From: Trichosphaerium sp. ATCC 40318
Taxonomy: Eukaryota; Protista; Tubulinea
DNA length: 64,000 nucleotides
Reading direction: 5' to 3'
NCBI GenBank assembly: GCA_038496445.1
Contig: JALMLS010000491.1
Location: 48,970-112,969, forward strand
The translations under genes and the position numbers were made by a program. The notes beneath the pieces are model-generated. The model was not told the origin of the DNA. It ran no database searches and saw only the letters and a list, made by a program, of their open reading frames with translations. Position 1 is the stretch's first letter. Each line of letters opens with the position of its first letter. Below are positions 63,585-64,000 of the stretch, piece after piece.

Positions 63585-64000
63585 AGAGTTATCTATTTTT
63601 AGGTTTAAAGTTGCGGAAAAAACCCTGGAAGCGACTTAAAATCAAAACAAAGAAATATCTCGACAAGGCGACCTTCTAACACTGTGACCTTCCTCAACAC
63701 CTTTTCAATACCTCATGTTATACGTGATGGGGCGCTATGCTCTCACAGTGACGGACAAAACGAGTTAACGACTAAGCAGTCCCCCACAAATTTTTTTTTC
63801 CGAAGACTTCTAGTGCGTAGTAGACACCACAACGACAAAAAAATTCGGAGATAGATATCAATGTCTATTTTGAGTAAGTCTAGAAAATTAACGAAACGAA
63901 CGTCAAATTTTTTATTATTCGAGCTGCACTTTACAACTGGAATATACGATTCGATAAGACTTTGACATGTTTCGAATTGACTTGCACGCCAAAAAAGGAA
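63581..64000. repeat. Direct near-identical copy of ~52715-53131
   Basis: GCGTAGAGTTATCTATTTTT...CTTGCACGCCAAAAAAGGAA matches the upstream intergenic segment with a few small differences. Confidence 0.95.

Overview
This is AT-rich, intron-dense eukaryotic (protist-like) genomic DNA with the standard genetic code. Introns are mostly 40-250 nt and several use GC-AG splice sites. Housekeeping-type genes are PIG-L, a DEP+TBC RabGAP, a divergent Arf, an ABA4/DUF4281 protein and a class-3 lipase. They are interspersed with surface proteins (C-type lectin, two Pro/Thr mucin-like GPI-type proteins, a secreted propeller-like protein), F-box/LRR and F-box/NHL genes, and several gene relics. The main result is that the MORN ORF at 34-35.4 kb and the ORFs at 40.4-45 kb are one gene, MORN repeats-Roc-COR-PARP-like ADP-ribosyltransferase-receiver-like. 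It is split by a 5-kb Mutator transposon (9-bp TSD GGTACCAAG) that carries a nested TIR element. Both exonic DNA-transposon insertions in the window (this MULE and a 750-bp hAT element with an 8-bp TSD) have GT/AG placed so that splicing could restore the host reading frame, as Introners do. A 5'-truncated LINE with a 12-bp TSD sits just upstream of PIG-L. The 48-59 kb region is an effector/defence-like cluster: Crinkler-like HeH-REase-like-kinase paralogs, a cationic Cys/Trp-rich secreted peptide and a Gly-rich secreted protein. The last ~4.3 kb is a patchwork of three copies of upstream segments joined at microhomologies, most likely an amplification or assembly chimera. All gene models were spliced by eye and no database searches were run.
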